Notes: generated by a model from the letters alone, not told the origin. 64,000 nt of DNA from Octopus bimaculoides (GCF_001194135.2 NC_068989.1:92552311-92616310); one strand, 5' to 3'; numbered from the stretch's first letter, positions 39,255-51,809 are shown. Program-made: numbers and translations.

Positions 39255-39414
39255 ACACACACACACACATATATATATATTTATATTCAAAGAGAATATG
39301 CATATTTATGCAGACATATGTAAATATATACATATATTGTTTTTATAAACGTTTATGAATGCAAGAAACTGTGTGTGTGTGTGTGTGCATGAGTGTTTGT
39401 ATATATATACATAC

Positions 39415-39453
<39 letters not shown>

Positions 39454-39923
39454 CACACATACCCTACCCTGAACCATCAAACCTGTTGGTGTCTTAGGAT
39501 CGCTGATGTGACATACGATGTGTCTTGCGCATTTAAACCTTGCCGTACCCATCCCTGTCTAAATGTGATCATAGAGGATGTCTTCTTGAGAGAAAGAGAA
39601 GGTGAGGGAGAAGAAAAAATAAAGGAGATAGTGAGAGAGAGAGAATGTAGGCTGGTTCGACCTCGATAATTCAGAGTTACTTGATTTGTTGACACCGAAG
39701 AGACGATCTGTTAAGCAATCTCAGCGGAATTTGAACACTGGCCGAAGAGAGCTGCTACGAATACCGTAACGCATTTTCCCGCCGTTCTTACAACTCTGTC
39801 ACTTCGACACCTACACACACATACACACACAACTACGCGCGCGCGCACACAAACATACATACACATATGCTCTTTCATGCTATCAACAGATACATGCACA
39901 TATTTAAACTCATATATCTACAC

Positions 39924-39962
<39 letters not shown>

Positions 39963-40692
39963 CACACATGCGCACACTCACACAGAGCTATGTTATCCAC
40001 ATTATTGCACATTCCTCACACACTTAAACTAAAGAGATCACCTTTACACCTACAGGTGGCGCTTTAGCAATTCAATACCTCCTTAACTAGCCTTGCTTAT
40101 TTAAGATTCTCGCAGGATAAACAAAGGCGTTTAATTTGGATTTAAGAAACCCAAGCCATTAGTGGAAATGCAAATGACTGCAAAACCTCTCTAGGATTTC
40201 AATGTGTAAAGTTAAATGCTTTGTTATGTAGAGAATGCCTTACGGCAGCAGATTTTTGACTTTCGAAATAAATCCTAACTTTGTATCCATGTTATACATA
40301 ATTCCAAGAATTATCAATGATTGCTGATTCTTTCTGTGTAAGCGTCAGTATGTGTATGTATGTGTAAGTGTGTGTATGTTGCTATGTATGCCTAAATGTG
40401 TGTATGTTGTAGGTGAACACAGTTATAGCGTAGTCATATTTGGGTGATTAAGGAATGCGGTTGACAGACATTCGATTTCGGTTTCCGTTTTGATCTCATC
40501 GTGTGATACACCCTGGTCAAGTATTTTGTACCGTAACGGCGATTTGAACAGGGGTTTGTAAGGAAAATTAGTTTTTTTACGGATAGATGTCTATTTGGTA
40601 GGTATAATCACTTAACTGGTTTAATATAAAGCGATTTTTGATAGCACATGTGTGTGCATGCGCGTATGTATGCGTGAATAATTGATAGATAG

Positions 40693-40737
<45 letters not shown>

Positions 40738-41044
40738 GCACACACACACACACACACAGACATACACACACAACATTTTCGCTTGCAGCTTAACCTTTAT
40801 CTATTTATCGGTTTCCAGCTTCATTCCTTTTCCCACTCCTTCTTATACTCTTCATCCATCGAAAGGCCTCATGGGAAACCTCAAAACTAAAACTTTCTAT
40901 TTTTTTGGCGCGTCAAACTTTAAGTAGAAAAATCTAAAAATAACGGAGTGTAAATATTGGGTTAAAATGCTTTTTGTACAAAAAAAGGCGAAGGCTGATC
41001 GTGGGACATATATACACATACATACGTACGTAAGTGCGTGCATG

Positions 41045-41078
<34 letters not shown>

Positions 41079-41150
41079 TACGTATTTGCATACATACGTA
41101 CATACATACATACGTACGTTCTTGCATACATACATACGTACATATATACA

Positions 41151-41576
41151 TAAAACTGAAGATCAGTGAAAAAAGAAGATACCTACGCTGAGCTATTAAG
41201 AAATCTGCAGTTACTCTATCCAGATTACAAGTTCAGGTTTATAACTGCAATTATTGGGGCCCTGAAATATGTAACACACTGCTTAAATACCAATCTTGAG
41301 AAATTAGGCTTCTCAAAATCAGAAAGGAGAAAGCTAATTCGAAGTCTATAGATCCAATCCATTACTTGAACTGTGAACGTCTCTAAAACTTTCCAGAAGT
41401 TTATCGTTTAAATATATAAAAGCACGACTAGATATGCAACTATATGCATGAGAATACATACATACAAAAATACCCTGTTTATATTGTTGAAATTTCAATG
41501 AAGGAACCTTGGATTTAGGTTAGAAACCATCTCTTTTTCTATTGGTAGGAAATCTTGAAGTAAAACTGAACAATGA
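41151..41576 (+). mobile_element. 5'-truncated R4/Dong-like (RLE) LINE 3' end between (CATA)n arrays
   Basis: KLKISEKEDTYAELLRNLQLLYPDYKFRFITAIIGALKYV..LEKLGFS..L*IQSIT..V..KTFQKF resembles the RLE C-terminus (K..KY.DL....V.VIPIVIGALG). Stop at 41409-41411. Confidence 0.7.
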
Positions 41577-41589
41577 CATACATACATGT

Positions 41590-42062
41590 CACCTAATGTG
41601 CACAAGTTGCTAAATGTGTCTTGGCAGGATTCTAAAACACCCGTTGTGTCACAAGCAAACTTGAAACTCTAAACACTTGGTCGGGTCTATTTGAAAATCT
41701 GGATGTTAGTTCCAAAGACTGCGAGACAGGTGTTCAATCCGGAGACGATGGTATCCACTAATTCGCCAAAAGAAATTTGTCCATATGCTTGCATTTGCTG
41801 AAAATTTTGGATCTGGAATTAAGCAGCGCAGTGGAATTCTTAGATCTAAAATGAATGCATCCAGTATTTGTTTTCGAGATGGTGAGCAAATAAAATTTCC
41901 TGAAACTTAAGCATCACATTTTATTTCTTATGCACTGGATGAAAACCTCTAAATCCACCAGATGCACACAGTGCTCTCTAGCTGCTGACCCTTCCCTCTG
42001 CAATAAGTATGGCCATATTGTTCCCATATCTGCCATCTCTGAAGAGCATGTGGCATTATTTA
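41590..42062 (-). mobile_element. Penelope-like element GIY-YIG C-terminal remnant and downstream sequence
   Basis: Minus strand FHPVHKK*NVMLKFQEILF and LLNSRSKIFSKCKHMDKFLLAN* resemble the PLE pattern YNP..K.C.LCL.EK..IL..LN.RSE..SKCRH.NKFLL. Confidence 0.5.
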
Positions 42063-42156
42063 ACCGCGCTGTTGTCTAATACACAGTGTGAAGGTCTGCT
42101 GAAATGGAGCTATAATGCTGAATACTTTGATTAATGCGTGTGTGTGTGTGTGTGTG

Positions 42157-42204
<48 letters not shown>

Positions 42205-42412
42205 CGTGTATGTGTGTGTGTTCTGTGGTGGTCTGTGATAAGGAGTAGCAACACAGGTTTAATGGTATCTTTCGTTACCGCAAAAGGGAGAACAGTGAAT
42301 ATTGGAACGACAGAAGCAAATAAAATATCCAGCGGTGGATTTTTACATCCTGTGTGAGAAACAAGACAAGACAAGAAATGAAGAAAGGAAGCAAGGAAGG
42401 AAGGAAGGATAG

Positions 42413-42414
<2 letters not shown>

Positions 42415-42476
<62 letters not shown>

Positions 42477-42481
42477 AAGGC

Positions 42482-42543
<62 letters not shown>

Positions 42544-42544
42544 C
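42415..42544. repeat. (GATA)n microsatellite
   Basis: Direct reading. Confidence 0.97.
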
Positions 42545-43267
42545 GGGGTATTGACATTACAAGGAAAATGTAATGAAAGCGAAATGAGTAATTAGTCATT
42601 GAAACAACCTAACAGAAATTAAGAGAAACGATATACAAAACAGATAAATGTAAGGTGAAGAACATTTAAAAGGGAAATAAACATTCTAGCAATTACCATC
42701 TAATTGTTTGTGTAAAACTGAATTAATCAAATTATAAAAGTAGTTTTTACCAACAAATCATAAAAATAAACATGGCGGTATGTCTTAAGAAAACATTGCC
42801 AAATGGAGAGATTCTACATGGCAATGAATTACGCTGAATAAATGTGTGGATATGTGTTCGTAAATGGGACGTGTGCGTGTGAATGTGTACATACATATAT
42901 GCATATATATATNNNNNNNNNNNNNNNNNNNNNNNNNNNNNNNNNNNNNNNNNNNNNNNNNNNNNNNNNNNNNNNNNNNNNNNNNNNNNNNNNNNNNNNN
43001 NNNNNNNNNNNNNNNNNNNNNNNNNNNNNNNNNNNNNNNNNNNNNNNNNNNNNNNNNNNNNNNNNNNNNNNNNNNNNNNNNNNNNNNNNNNNNNNNNNNN
43101 NNNNNNNNNNNNNNNNNNNNNNNNNNNNNNNNNNNNNNNNNNNNNNNNNNNNNNNNNNATATATATATATATATATATACACGTGTATATGAGTAATCTG
43201 ACGAAAAAGTGTAGTATTCCATCTATTCGGTTGGGATTACATGTATTTAAAAGCAATTTGACTCAAA

Positions 43268-43317
43268 TCCACAATACTTTAAAATTTCGTAGGCGTACGA
43301 ACTCATCAGATGTTATG
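43268..43317 (-). ncRNA. Minimal hammerhead-ribozyme-like core (weak stems I and II)
   Basis: cataacat-CUGAUGA-guucguacgccuac-GAAA-uuuuaaag-UA-uugugg. Confidence 0.35.
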
Positions 43318-43924
43318 ATAAATATATGAGTGTGCGTGTGTGTGTGTGTGTATATATATACTGTGTGAGTGTGTGTGTATGTATATATATGCATACATAC
43401 ACACTCACATACATACATATAAATATATATACGCATATAAATAGGTTACTGTTCGTTAAGGTAATATCAACAAAAACGATACTCCAACCAATGAGAGATA
43501 AATGTCATTTAATGTACATTGTATTAAGATAAGAGCAATTGATAGGTTCTTGCTAAGAAGACACGTGGTCAGGCAGTTTGTTACATGATTGCTTTTTGTG
43601 AGACTAATGATCTGGTGTAGAAATCAATATACGTATGCTTCAGAGCAAAGTGTTAGTCGGGTGTAGAGTGACAATAAAATGAGATGAATATATGAGTGTG
43701 TATATATACGAGCATATATGCCTGTGTGTGTATGTCTATGTGTGTGTGCGTATGAGTAAAAATGTATGTGTGCAAATGTAATCATAGATGTGGGTGGATA
43801 TATCTATGCGTGTATACGAAGATATATGAGGTCACTGGTACAGTTATGAGAGTGTGTGGTTTTACATAACCTCGTTTATATTTGTAGATATGTCTATAGT
43901 TGTGCATGAATATGTATGTATAAA

Positions 43925-44139
43925 TATTCTTTCTATTATTGGCACAAAGCCTGAAATTTTGGGGAAGAGAGCTCGATGATTTCTTCGACCCCAGTACAAA
44001 AGTGGTAATTATTTTATCGATTCCGAAAGAAGGAAAAGCGATGTCGATCTAGACGGCATTTGAACTCAGAACGTAAAGACGGGCGAAATACTGCTAAACA
44101 TTTGGCCCGCGTACAAATGTTTCTTCCAGCTTGCCGACT
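43925..44139 (-). mobile_element. SINE family B
   Basis: ggcacaaagcctgaaattttgggg...atttgaactcagaacgtaaagacgggcgaaatac. Confidence 0.85.
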
Positions 44140-44196
44140 TAATATGGATGTATAAATATGCGTGGGAATTCTTAGACGAAGACAAGTATCAAAATA

Positions 44197-44395
44197 TTGA
44201 TTTCAAATTTTGGCACAAAGCCTGCAATTGTCGATCCCATCGACCACAGTGTTCGACTGGTGCTTATTTTATCGTCTCCAAAAGGATAAACGTCAAAGTC
44301 GACCTCGGCGGAATTTGAACTCGGAACGTAAAGATGGACGAAATACCACTAAGGAATTGACCTGGAGTGCTAACGATTATGCCAGATCGCCGCAC
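44197..44395 (-). mobile_element. SINE family B
   Basis: ttcaaattttggcacaaagcc...aaagtcgacctcggcggaatttgaactcggaacgtaaag..gctaacgattatgccag. Confidence 0.87.
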
Positions 44396-44703
44396 GGCAT
44401 ATGTATAAATCAAAATATTACAGTCATGTTGTTGGGCGATTGTGTATATGTAACTGTATATGGCTACATATAGGTGTATGCCTAAGAATGCATGAGTGTA
44501 AATTTTGGGGATAAAGCAATAAAACATTCTCAGTCTGATGTTAAGATATCCAGTTCGGGAATTGATACGCATTAACACAGACCTGAGAATACTTGGATAC
44601 CACAGTGAGACATCATGACACTTTATATGTATAGAAGACAACACAAAAGGAGATATACATGTGAACTAAGGGGTCGAGCTTGAATGAATCCAAATATGCC
44701 TTA

Positions 44704-45120
44704 TTATTAGCTTTGCCTTAGCGAAGGCGGAGGTATTGTTTTCAGTCGCATTTGTCTGTCCGTGGTCATGATATCTGAAGAACCGCTGGATGGATTCGGA
44801 GGGAACTTTCAGGGATGTTTGGCCTCGTGATTGGCACGAACTTATTAGAGTTTGGGATCGATCCGGTTCCGGACAAGGATTCTTAATAATTTGTTATATC
44901 TACTTTACTTTCATGATTACGATCTTACGGTAACTTTCGAATTTTTCTCAATTATCTCCCTTTAGGTTGTAACTATTTTGAATGGTAAATTTGTTAACTT
45001 TGGCTTGTACTAGATAGGGATAAACTGTTTATTATTGTTACTAAATTTTCTACAGCCATCTTCACATCCCATGACTACCATTAGTATCAGGTACGGACAA
45101 GGATTCTGAATTATTTTTCC
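44704..45120 (+). mobile_element. Putative non-autonomous Helentron-associated (HINE/DINE-1-like) element, 5' part
   Basis: 5' hairpin remnant (ctttgcc-ttagcgaa-ggcggag), gtctgtcc core, and an internal direct repeat of ggacaaggattct. The 3' end is not visible. Confidence 0.45.
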
Positions 45121-45187
45121 GTCTTTTTTTTTACTGAATTTCTGAAACCAGTCGGGTTCATTTTTAGTATTCTCGTTATGAATTAAT

Positions 45188-45825
45188 GGAAGAATTCCTC
45201 AGAGATTTCCACAAAATCCTCGGAGCTTTCCAGGAATTTCTCGGAATGACGTCCGCGGAACTTTCCAGGAGGTATGTGGACATTTCCAGGGAGTCCTTGG
45301 AACTTTCCACGAAATCCTCAGAACTTTCCAGGGATTCTTCGGAAATTTCCATGAAATCATCGGAACTTTCCAGGAAATCCTAGGGACTTTCTGAGGGTTT
45401 CATTGAAAGTTGCGAAGACTTCCTGGAAAATTCCGGGGATTTCATGGGAATCTCCGAGGATTTCAGGAAATTTTCCTATGATTCATGGGAATTTCCGAGG
45501 ATCTCCTGGGAAATTCCGAGCTTGAGCTACTTTCCTGGAAAATTCAGTTGTACTTCCTGGAAAGCTCCGAGAATTTCATGGAAAGGTCCGAGGATGAGAC
45601 TTCCTGGAAAGTTCTTAGAAACTCCTGGACAATTCCGAGGCCTTCCTGGGAAGTTCCGAGGATTACTGGGATGTTCCTGGGATGGGCTGCTTCCTGGAAA
45701 GTTCCGAGGGTGAGCTGCTTCCTGGGAAGTTCCGAGTATGGGGCTTCCTGAAATGTTTCGAGAATTTCCTGTAAAATTCCGAGGTCTTCCTGGGAAGTTC
45801 CGAAGACTTCCTGGAAAGTTCCGAG
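45188..45825. repeat. Degenerate ~21-bp minisatellite (approximate unit ttccgaggacttcctggaaag)
   Basis: Direct reading; contains 8 exact TTCCWGGAA. Confidence 0.9.
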
Positions 45826-46140
45826 TATAATTTCTTTCTATGTTCATAATTAAATAAATGTTTTAATGATTATNNNNNNNNNNNNNNNNNNNNNNNNNNN
45901 NNNNNNNNNNNNNNNNNNNNNNNNNNNNNNNNNNNNNNNNNNNNNNNNNNNNNNNNNNNNNNNNNNNNNNNNNNNNNNNNNNNNNNNNNNNNNNNNNNNN
46001 NNNNNNNNNNNNNNNNNNNNNNNNNNNNNNNNNNNNNNNNNNNNNNNNNNNNNNNNNNNNNNNNNNNNNNNNNNNNNNNNNNNNNNNNNNNNNNNNNNNN
46101 NNNNNNNNNNNNNNNNNNNNNNNNNNNNNNNNNNNNNNNN

Positions 46141-46176
<36 letters not shown>

Positions 46177-46644
46177 CATACATACATAGACACATGCATA
46201 TATGTATGCACAACACAGACGTTGAAAGAAAATGTCACTACACTAGCATATACATACCCAGCTACACACGCACAACATATATATACACAAAGCACAACAA
46301 CATATATACATCATTAGATTAGATAAAAACTCACGGCGACCGTCAGTACTCTTGGTAGAATATGTGCAAATAACCAAATTGTGCAGGTGCTCATGGAAAT
46401 GAGTGAGATGTAGCATGTGTAGACGCCAATGTGAGTCTCATGGTTCCAATTTTGAAGATAATATATTCAGTAGTAACTTTGATACGTAAGAAATGCTCAA
46501 TAGAATCATAGAGTGGAGTAGCAGACCTAGTGTGTATTACAACTGAACGACAGTGCACGGAACTGCATTTAATAGACTATATGTGCGCGCGTACGTGTGT
46601 GTGTGAAAGGGATTTATTGACAAATACAAAGGTACAGAGATAGG

Positions 46645-46680
46645 TTGACAGACAGACAGACAGCTAGCTAGCTAGCTAGC

Positions 46681-46751
<71 letters not shown>

Positions 46752-46793
46752 GCAGGCAGGCAGGCAGACAAACGGATAGATCCCCAGACAAAA

Positions 46794-46831
<38 letters not shown>

Positions 46832-46875
46832 GGACCGACAGACAGACAGACAGACAGATAGATAGATAGATAGAG

Positions 46876-46910
<35 letters not shown>
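46645..46910. repeat. Compound (GACA)/(GCTA)/(GATA)/(GA) microsatellite
   Basis: Direct reading. Confidence 0.95.
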
Positions 46911-47237
46911 CAGAAACATTGAAACTTGTTTTTATCACGACTTATATTACAAACAATTTCATATTTTATTGTGTCTGGGGAGTGTCATTCCGTTTTAATA
47001 CCTCAATTAACACACACACCGGTTCGTTTTCCGCTCATTTGCTTATTTATTGTTTTCTAAAATTATTGTTGCTTTTTGCAACCTCTTAAATAGTTATTGT
47101 CTCTGTCCGTTATCGGAGCTGCGTCCTTTTTGTTATTTGTTTGTGCGCACGTGTGTGCATCTGTGTGCATGTGTATACACATATGTATGTATGTATTACG
47201 TGTGTATGTATGTATGTGAGTATGTATGCGTGCGTGT

Positions 47238-47280
<43 letters not shown>

Positions 47281-47291
47281 TACATATATAT

Positions 47292-47445
47292 ACGACGAGC
47301 TTCTTTCAGTTTCCGTCTACCAAATTCATTCACAAGGCTTTGGTCGACCCGAGGCTATAGTAGAAGACACTTGCCCAAGGTGCCACGCAGTGGGACTGAA
47401 CCCGGAACCATGTTCTTGATAAGCAAGCTACGTACCACACAGCCA
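47292..47445 (-). mobile_element. SINE family A 5' half
   Basis: ttctttcagtttccgtctacc...ggctatagtagaagacacttgcccaaggtgccacgcagtgggactgaacccggaacc. Confidence 0.92.
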
Positions 47446-47799
47446 CAATACTAATAATATAGAATCTTCTACCCCTTTCTCGCTTGTATGTATGTGTATG
47501 TGTATATACATACATACATACATATATGCACGGTGGTGTTTCTTGCTATAATGACATTTTCAGACTGCGATTAATTGAAAATTCAGCTGACAATTCCAAC
47601 ACACTTCTCCATCATACTAAAATTTGGTAATCGTCTACTTAGACTAATTGAAGTCCAAAGTTCCAGCCTCTATATACACTGCGCAGGCACGCATAGATGT
47701 CATTTAGGAAATCAATGACGTCAGTTTAGTGGCAGACTGTGCTGGATTGAAAATGAAAATCTGGTAAATGTATTTATAATAAAGTGTGTGTATATGTGT

Positions 47800-47847
<48 letters not shown>

Positions 47848-48306
47848 GCATGTAGGCGTCTATTCATACACATATAATCATAAACTTGTTTAATGGCGCA
47901 TGCTTTTATGTTCAGTTGTTTGTGTTTTTTCGTTTGTGTTTGTGTCTTTCATGGAACAGTTACGATTAAGATTAGTCTTAAGTTTAATCCGTTGAGAAAG
48001 CTAAATAATTTATATATGAATTATCTTTTAAAGAGGTAGGTGGAAATTAAATTTGTGTCTTATTCGTGTTATAGCAGTAGTAACTGAATTTGTTTTTTTT
48101 TTGGGGGGGTGAGGGGACTTATTTCCCTTTATTGTTAATGTGTTGGCTCTTTGAGAATGGTCAAGTGAATGACCTGTTGATCTCCGATGAACCGTTGTAG
48201 CTACATAGAGAGATGGGTGGAGGAATAGGTTGATAAGTGTATAGACCGTTTGATAGATATGAAAACGAATACATACAAACATATATATATATATGTGGGG
48301 GGGGGG

Positions 48307-48487
48307 TATACATACTTTATTATTAAAGCTGCAAAAACCATCCAAAAATTATTACATAAAGTTGCTACTCATAGTTTCACGTTCCCGTTTGTCGGACAGC
48401 TTTTCTGACAAAACTGTCCGACGAACGGGAACATGAAACTCTGAGTAACATTTTGTGATATTTCAGCAGCTTTTAATGAAGTATATA
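48307..48487. mobile_element. Palindromic MITE-like element between (TA)n runs
   Basis: actcatagtttcacgttcccgtttgtcggacag pairs with ctgtccgacgaacgggaacatgaaactctgagt. The arms extend imperfectly to attaaagctg / cagcttttaat. Confidence 0.8.
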
Positions 48488-49259
48488 TATATATACATAA
48501 ATATATATNNNNNNNNNNNNNNNNNNNNNNNNNNNNNNNNNNNNNNNNNNNNNNNNNNNNNNNNNNNNNNNNNNNNNNNNNNNNNNNNNNNNNNNNNNNN
48601 NNNNNNNNNNNNNNNNNNNNNNNNNNNNNNNNNNNNNNNNNNNNNNNNNNNNNNNNNNNNNNNNNNNNNNNNNNNNNNNNNNNNNNNNNNNNNNNNNNNN
48701 NNNNNNNNNNNNNNNNNNNNNNNNNNNNNNNNNNNNNNNNNNNNNNNNNNNNNNNNNNNNNNNNNNNNNNNNNNNNNNNNNNNNNNNNNNNNNNNNNNNN
48801 NNNNNNNNNNNNNNNNNNNNNNNNNNNNNNNNNNNNNNNNNNNNNNNNNNNNNNNNNNNNNNNNNNNNNNNNNNNNNNNNNNNNNNNNNNNNNNNNNNNN
48901 NNNNNNNNNNNNNNNNNNNNNNNNNNNNNNNNNNNNNNNNNNNNNNNNNNNNNNNNNNNNNNNNNNNNNNNNNNNNNNNNNNNNNNNNNNNNNNNNNNNN
49001 NNNNNNNNNNNNNNNNNNNNNNNNNNNNNNNNNNNNNNNNNNNNNNNNNNNNNNNNNNNNNNNNNNNNNNNNNNNNNNNNNNNNNNNNNNNNNNNNNNNN
49101 NNNNNNNNNNNNNNNNNNNNNNNNNNNNNNNNNNNNNNNNNNNNNNNNNNNNNNNNNNNNNNNNNNNNNNNNNNNNNNNNNNNNNNNNNNNNNNNNNNNN
49201 NNNNNACCACGGGTGTTAAAAGCAGATTATATTAATGGAACCTGAAAACACATTGAGTG

Positions 49260-49563
49260 TAATGAGTGTGAAATATTTCAGCATACATGTATGTGTGTAT
49301 GAGTGTATGTGTATGTATGTATGTGAGTATATATGTATATGTGTGTGTCTATGTGTGTGCGAGTGTATAAACACGCACACACATAGATAGATGTATATAT
49401 ATATACACACACATACTTAATATGCGCGCGTGCGGTGATACACAGGGAAAAGAAACGAAATATGTAACTAGCTACCTATGTATGTATGTATGTATGTATG
49501 TATATATGTATGTGTGTTTGTATGTTGTATGTATCTATCTATGTATGCATACATGTCTTTATA

Positions 49564-49620
<57 letters not shown>

Positions 49621-49647
49621 TTATATATATGTACGTATATATGTATG

Positions 49648-49739
<92 letters not shown>

Positions 49740-49852
49740 TATATGCGTGCGTGTGTATGTATGTATATGAATATATGTATGTGTGTGTATACATATGCAT
49801 GTGTATGTATACATGTTTGCTTATCTGAGAACGTATATATTCTATTACCAAC

Positions 49853-49915
<63 letters not shown>
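49260..49915. repeat. Compound microsatellite field including long (TA)n and (ATT)n
   Basis: Direct reading. Confidence 0.92.
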
Positions 49916-50388
49916 TCAGAAAGAATATTCAATCAAGACTTAATTAGAATTACGATTAATGAAAGAATGAAGACGAGAGAAAGAAAAAAAAAAGGAGAAG
50001 ATAAATAGAAAACGAAACAAAGCATTTACTACCACCATTAATGCCTACACCAAAAGCCACGAACAAAAACCAAGAAGAAAATCACAATAAAAATTTAAAT
50101 ATTATAGCAATTGTCATAAGAGGAATAACAACAACGACAGCTACGTTATCAATCAATGTGATTTGTTTCCCAGTCCTGAAGAATTGAATAATTCTACTGC
50201 TAAAGTTCATTTATATTGCCAGCTATTAAAATTACTAGATTCCATTGCGCTCTTAAAATGGACGACGATAAGGAATTGCAGTAAGCAACATAGATTAATA
50301 GACGTTGAGTTATTATATTTTTTATTATTTTATACCGTCATTATAAATTCATTTTCAGATGTGCTGCTCTTTTCTTTTTGTTTTAATG

Positions 50389-50610
<222 letters not shown>

Positions 50611-50672
50611 GCTGTAATAGCTGATTCAAGTTTTTTTTATGGTTCATATATATATATATATATATGAACAAA

Positions 50673-50825
50673 GGCACAGGAGTGGCTGTGTGATAACAAG
50701 TTTGCTTCCCAACCAAACGGTTCTGGGTTCAGACCCACTGCGTGGCACCTTGGGTAAGTGTCTTCTACTATAGACTTAGGCCGACCAGAGCCTTGTGAGT
50801 GGATTTGGTAAACGGAAACTGAAAG
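50673..50825 (+). mobile_element. SINE family A 5' half, interrupted by the CR1 fragment
   Basis: ggcacaggagtggctgtgtg...gtggatttggtaaacggaaactgaaag. Confidence 0.9.
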
Positions 50826-50847
50826 GTGGAAGCAGAAAGGTGGAAAT

Positions 50848-51712
50848 AAAGGTGGAAGCAGAGCAGAGGCTGGGAACTACAGGCCCATCTCTCTGACTTC
50901 ACATATTAGCAAAGTCATGGAACGAATTGTCAGAAGGAGATTGATTGCGTTCCTAGAAGAAAATGACTTGCTGAATTAGACCCAGCATGGTTTCCGTCCA
51001 GGTAGAAGCTGCCTCACGCAGCTCTTGCAGCATTATGACTGGGTCCTGAAGCAGCTACTTGACCATTCAAATGTTGATGTGATATATCTCGACTTTGCAA
51101 AGGCTTTTGACAAAGTTGATCATGGCATGATATGTCACAAGCTGCGAAACTTTGGAATAGCTAGTAAACTAGGAGAGTGGCTGCATGACTTCTTGAACGG
51201 TAGAAGTCAGACAGTTGCAGCCAATGGAGAATTGTCTAGGGAAACGCAAATATTGAGCGGTGTTCTACAAGGAACTGTCCTGGGGCCACTACTGTTCATA
51301 GTAGCCCTTCTTGTCATGCCCACGGTCACTCGGACAGCCATTGTCACTAGCTACACTGATGACACACAACTATCTCAGACAATAAAGAATCCCGATGATG
51401 TCATTAGCCTGCAGAATGACCTAAATGCAATATACAAGTGGGTAGAGCAAAATAATATGCAGTTCAATGCTAAAATATTTCAAGTAGTGCGCTACAAAGC
51501 CACAAGTGCCCCCCAACTGGCATACACAGTAACTGGAGGTACTGCAATCTCAGAACCACAAACAGTGAGAGACCTGGGCATCAGCATGTGTAGTGATGCA
51601 TCATTTCACATGCTCATTGTCAAGCTGACAGCAAAGTGCAGACAACTAGCAGGGTGGATACTGAGGACATTCAGAACAAGGGATCAAAAAGTCATGTTGA
51701 CTCTATGGAAGA
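50848..51712 (+). pseudogene. CR1-clade LINE reverse-transcriptase internal fragment
   Basis: One frame: KGGSRAEAGNYRPISLTSH, QHGFRPGRSCLTQLL, VDVIYLDFAKAFDKVDH, SGVLQGTVLGPLLF, YTDDT (YADD-like), RDLGI. One premature TAG at 50977. Confidence 0.95.
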
Positions 51713-51809
51713 CCGCAGCCACTTAGCTGAAACGCATAAATAAATAAATATACACACACACACACACACATATATATATATGTATATATACACACACACA
51801 CAAACACAC

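Noticed and set aside
40049-40062. CTCF-like motif cctacaggtggcgc
   Set aside because: A single short motif with two mismatches is not distinguishable from chance.
45188-45825. CRISPR-like array or heat-shock-element cluster
   Set aside because: There are no unique spacers or cas genes and the DNA is eukaryotic. TTC-GAA spacing is mostly 3-4 nt, not the 2 nt of HSEs.
51025-51726. 233-aa RT ORF as an active or domesticated gene
   Set aside because: There is an in-frame stop just upstream, no ATG, YADD is changed to YTDD, and both ends are truncated.
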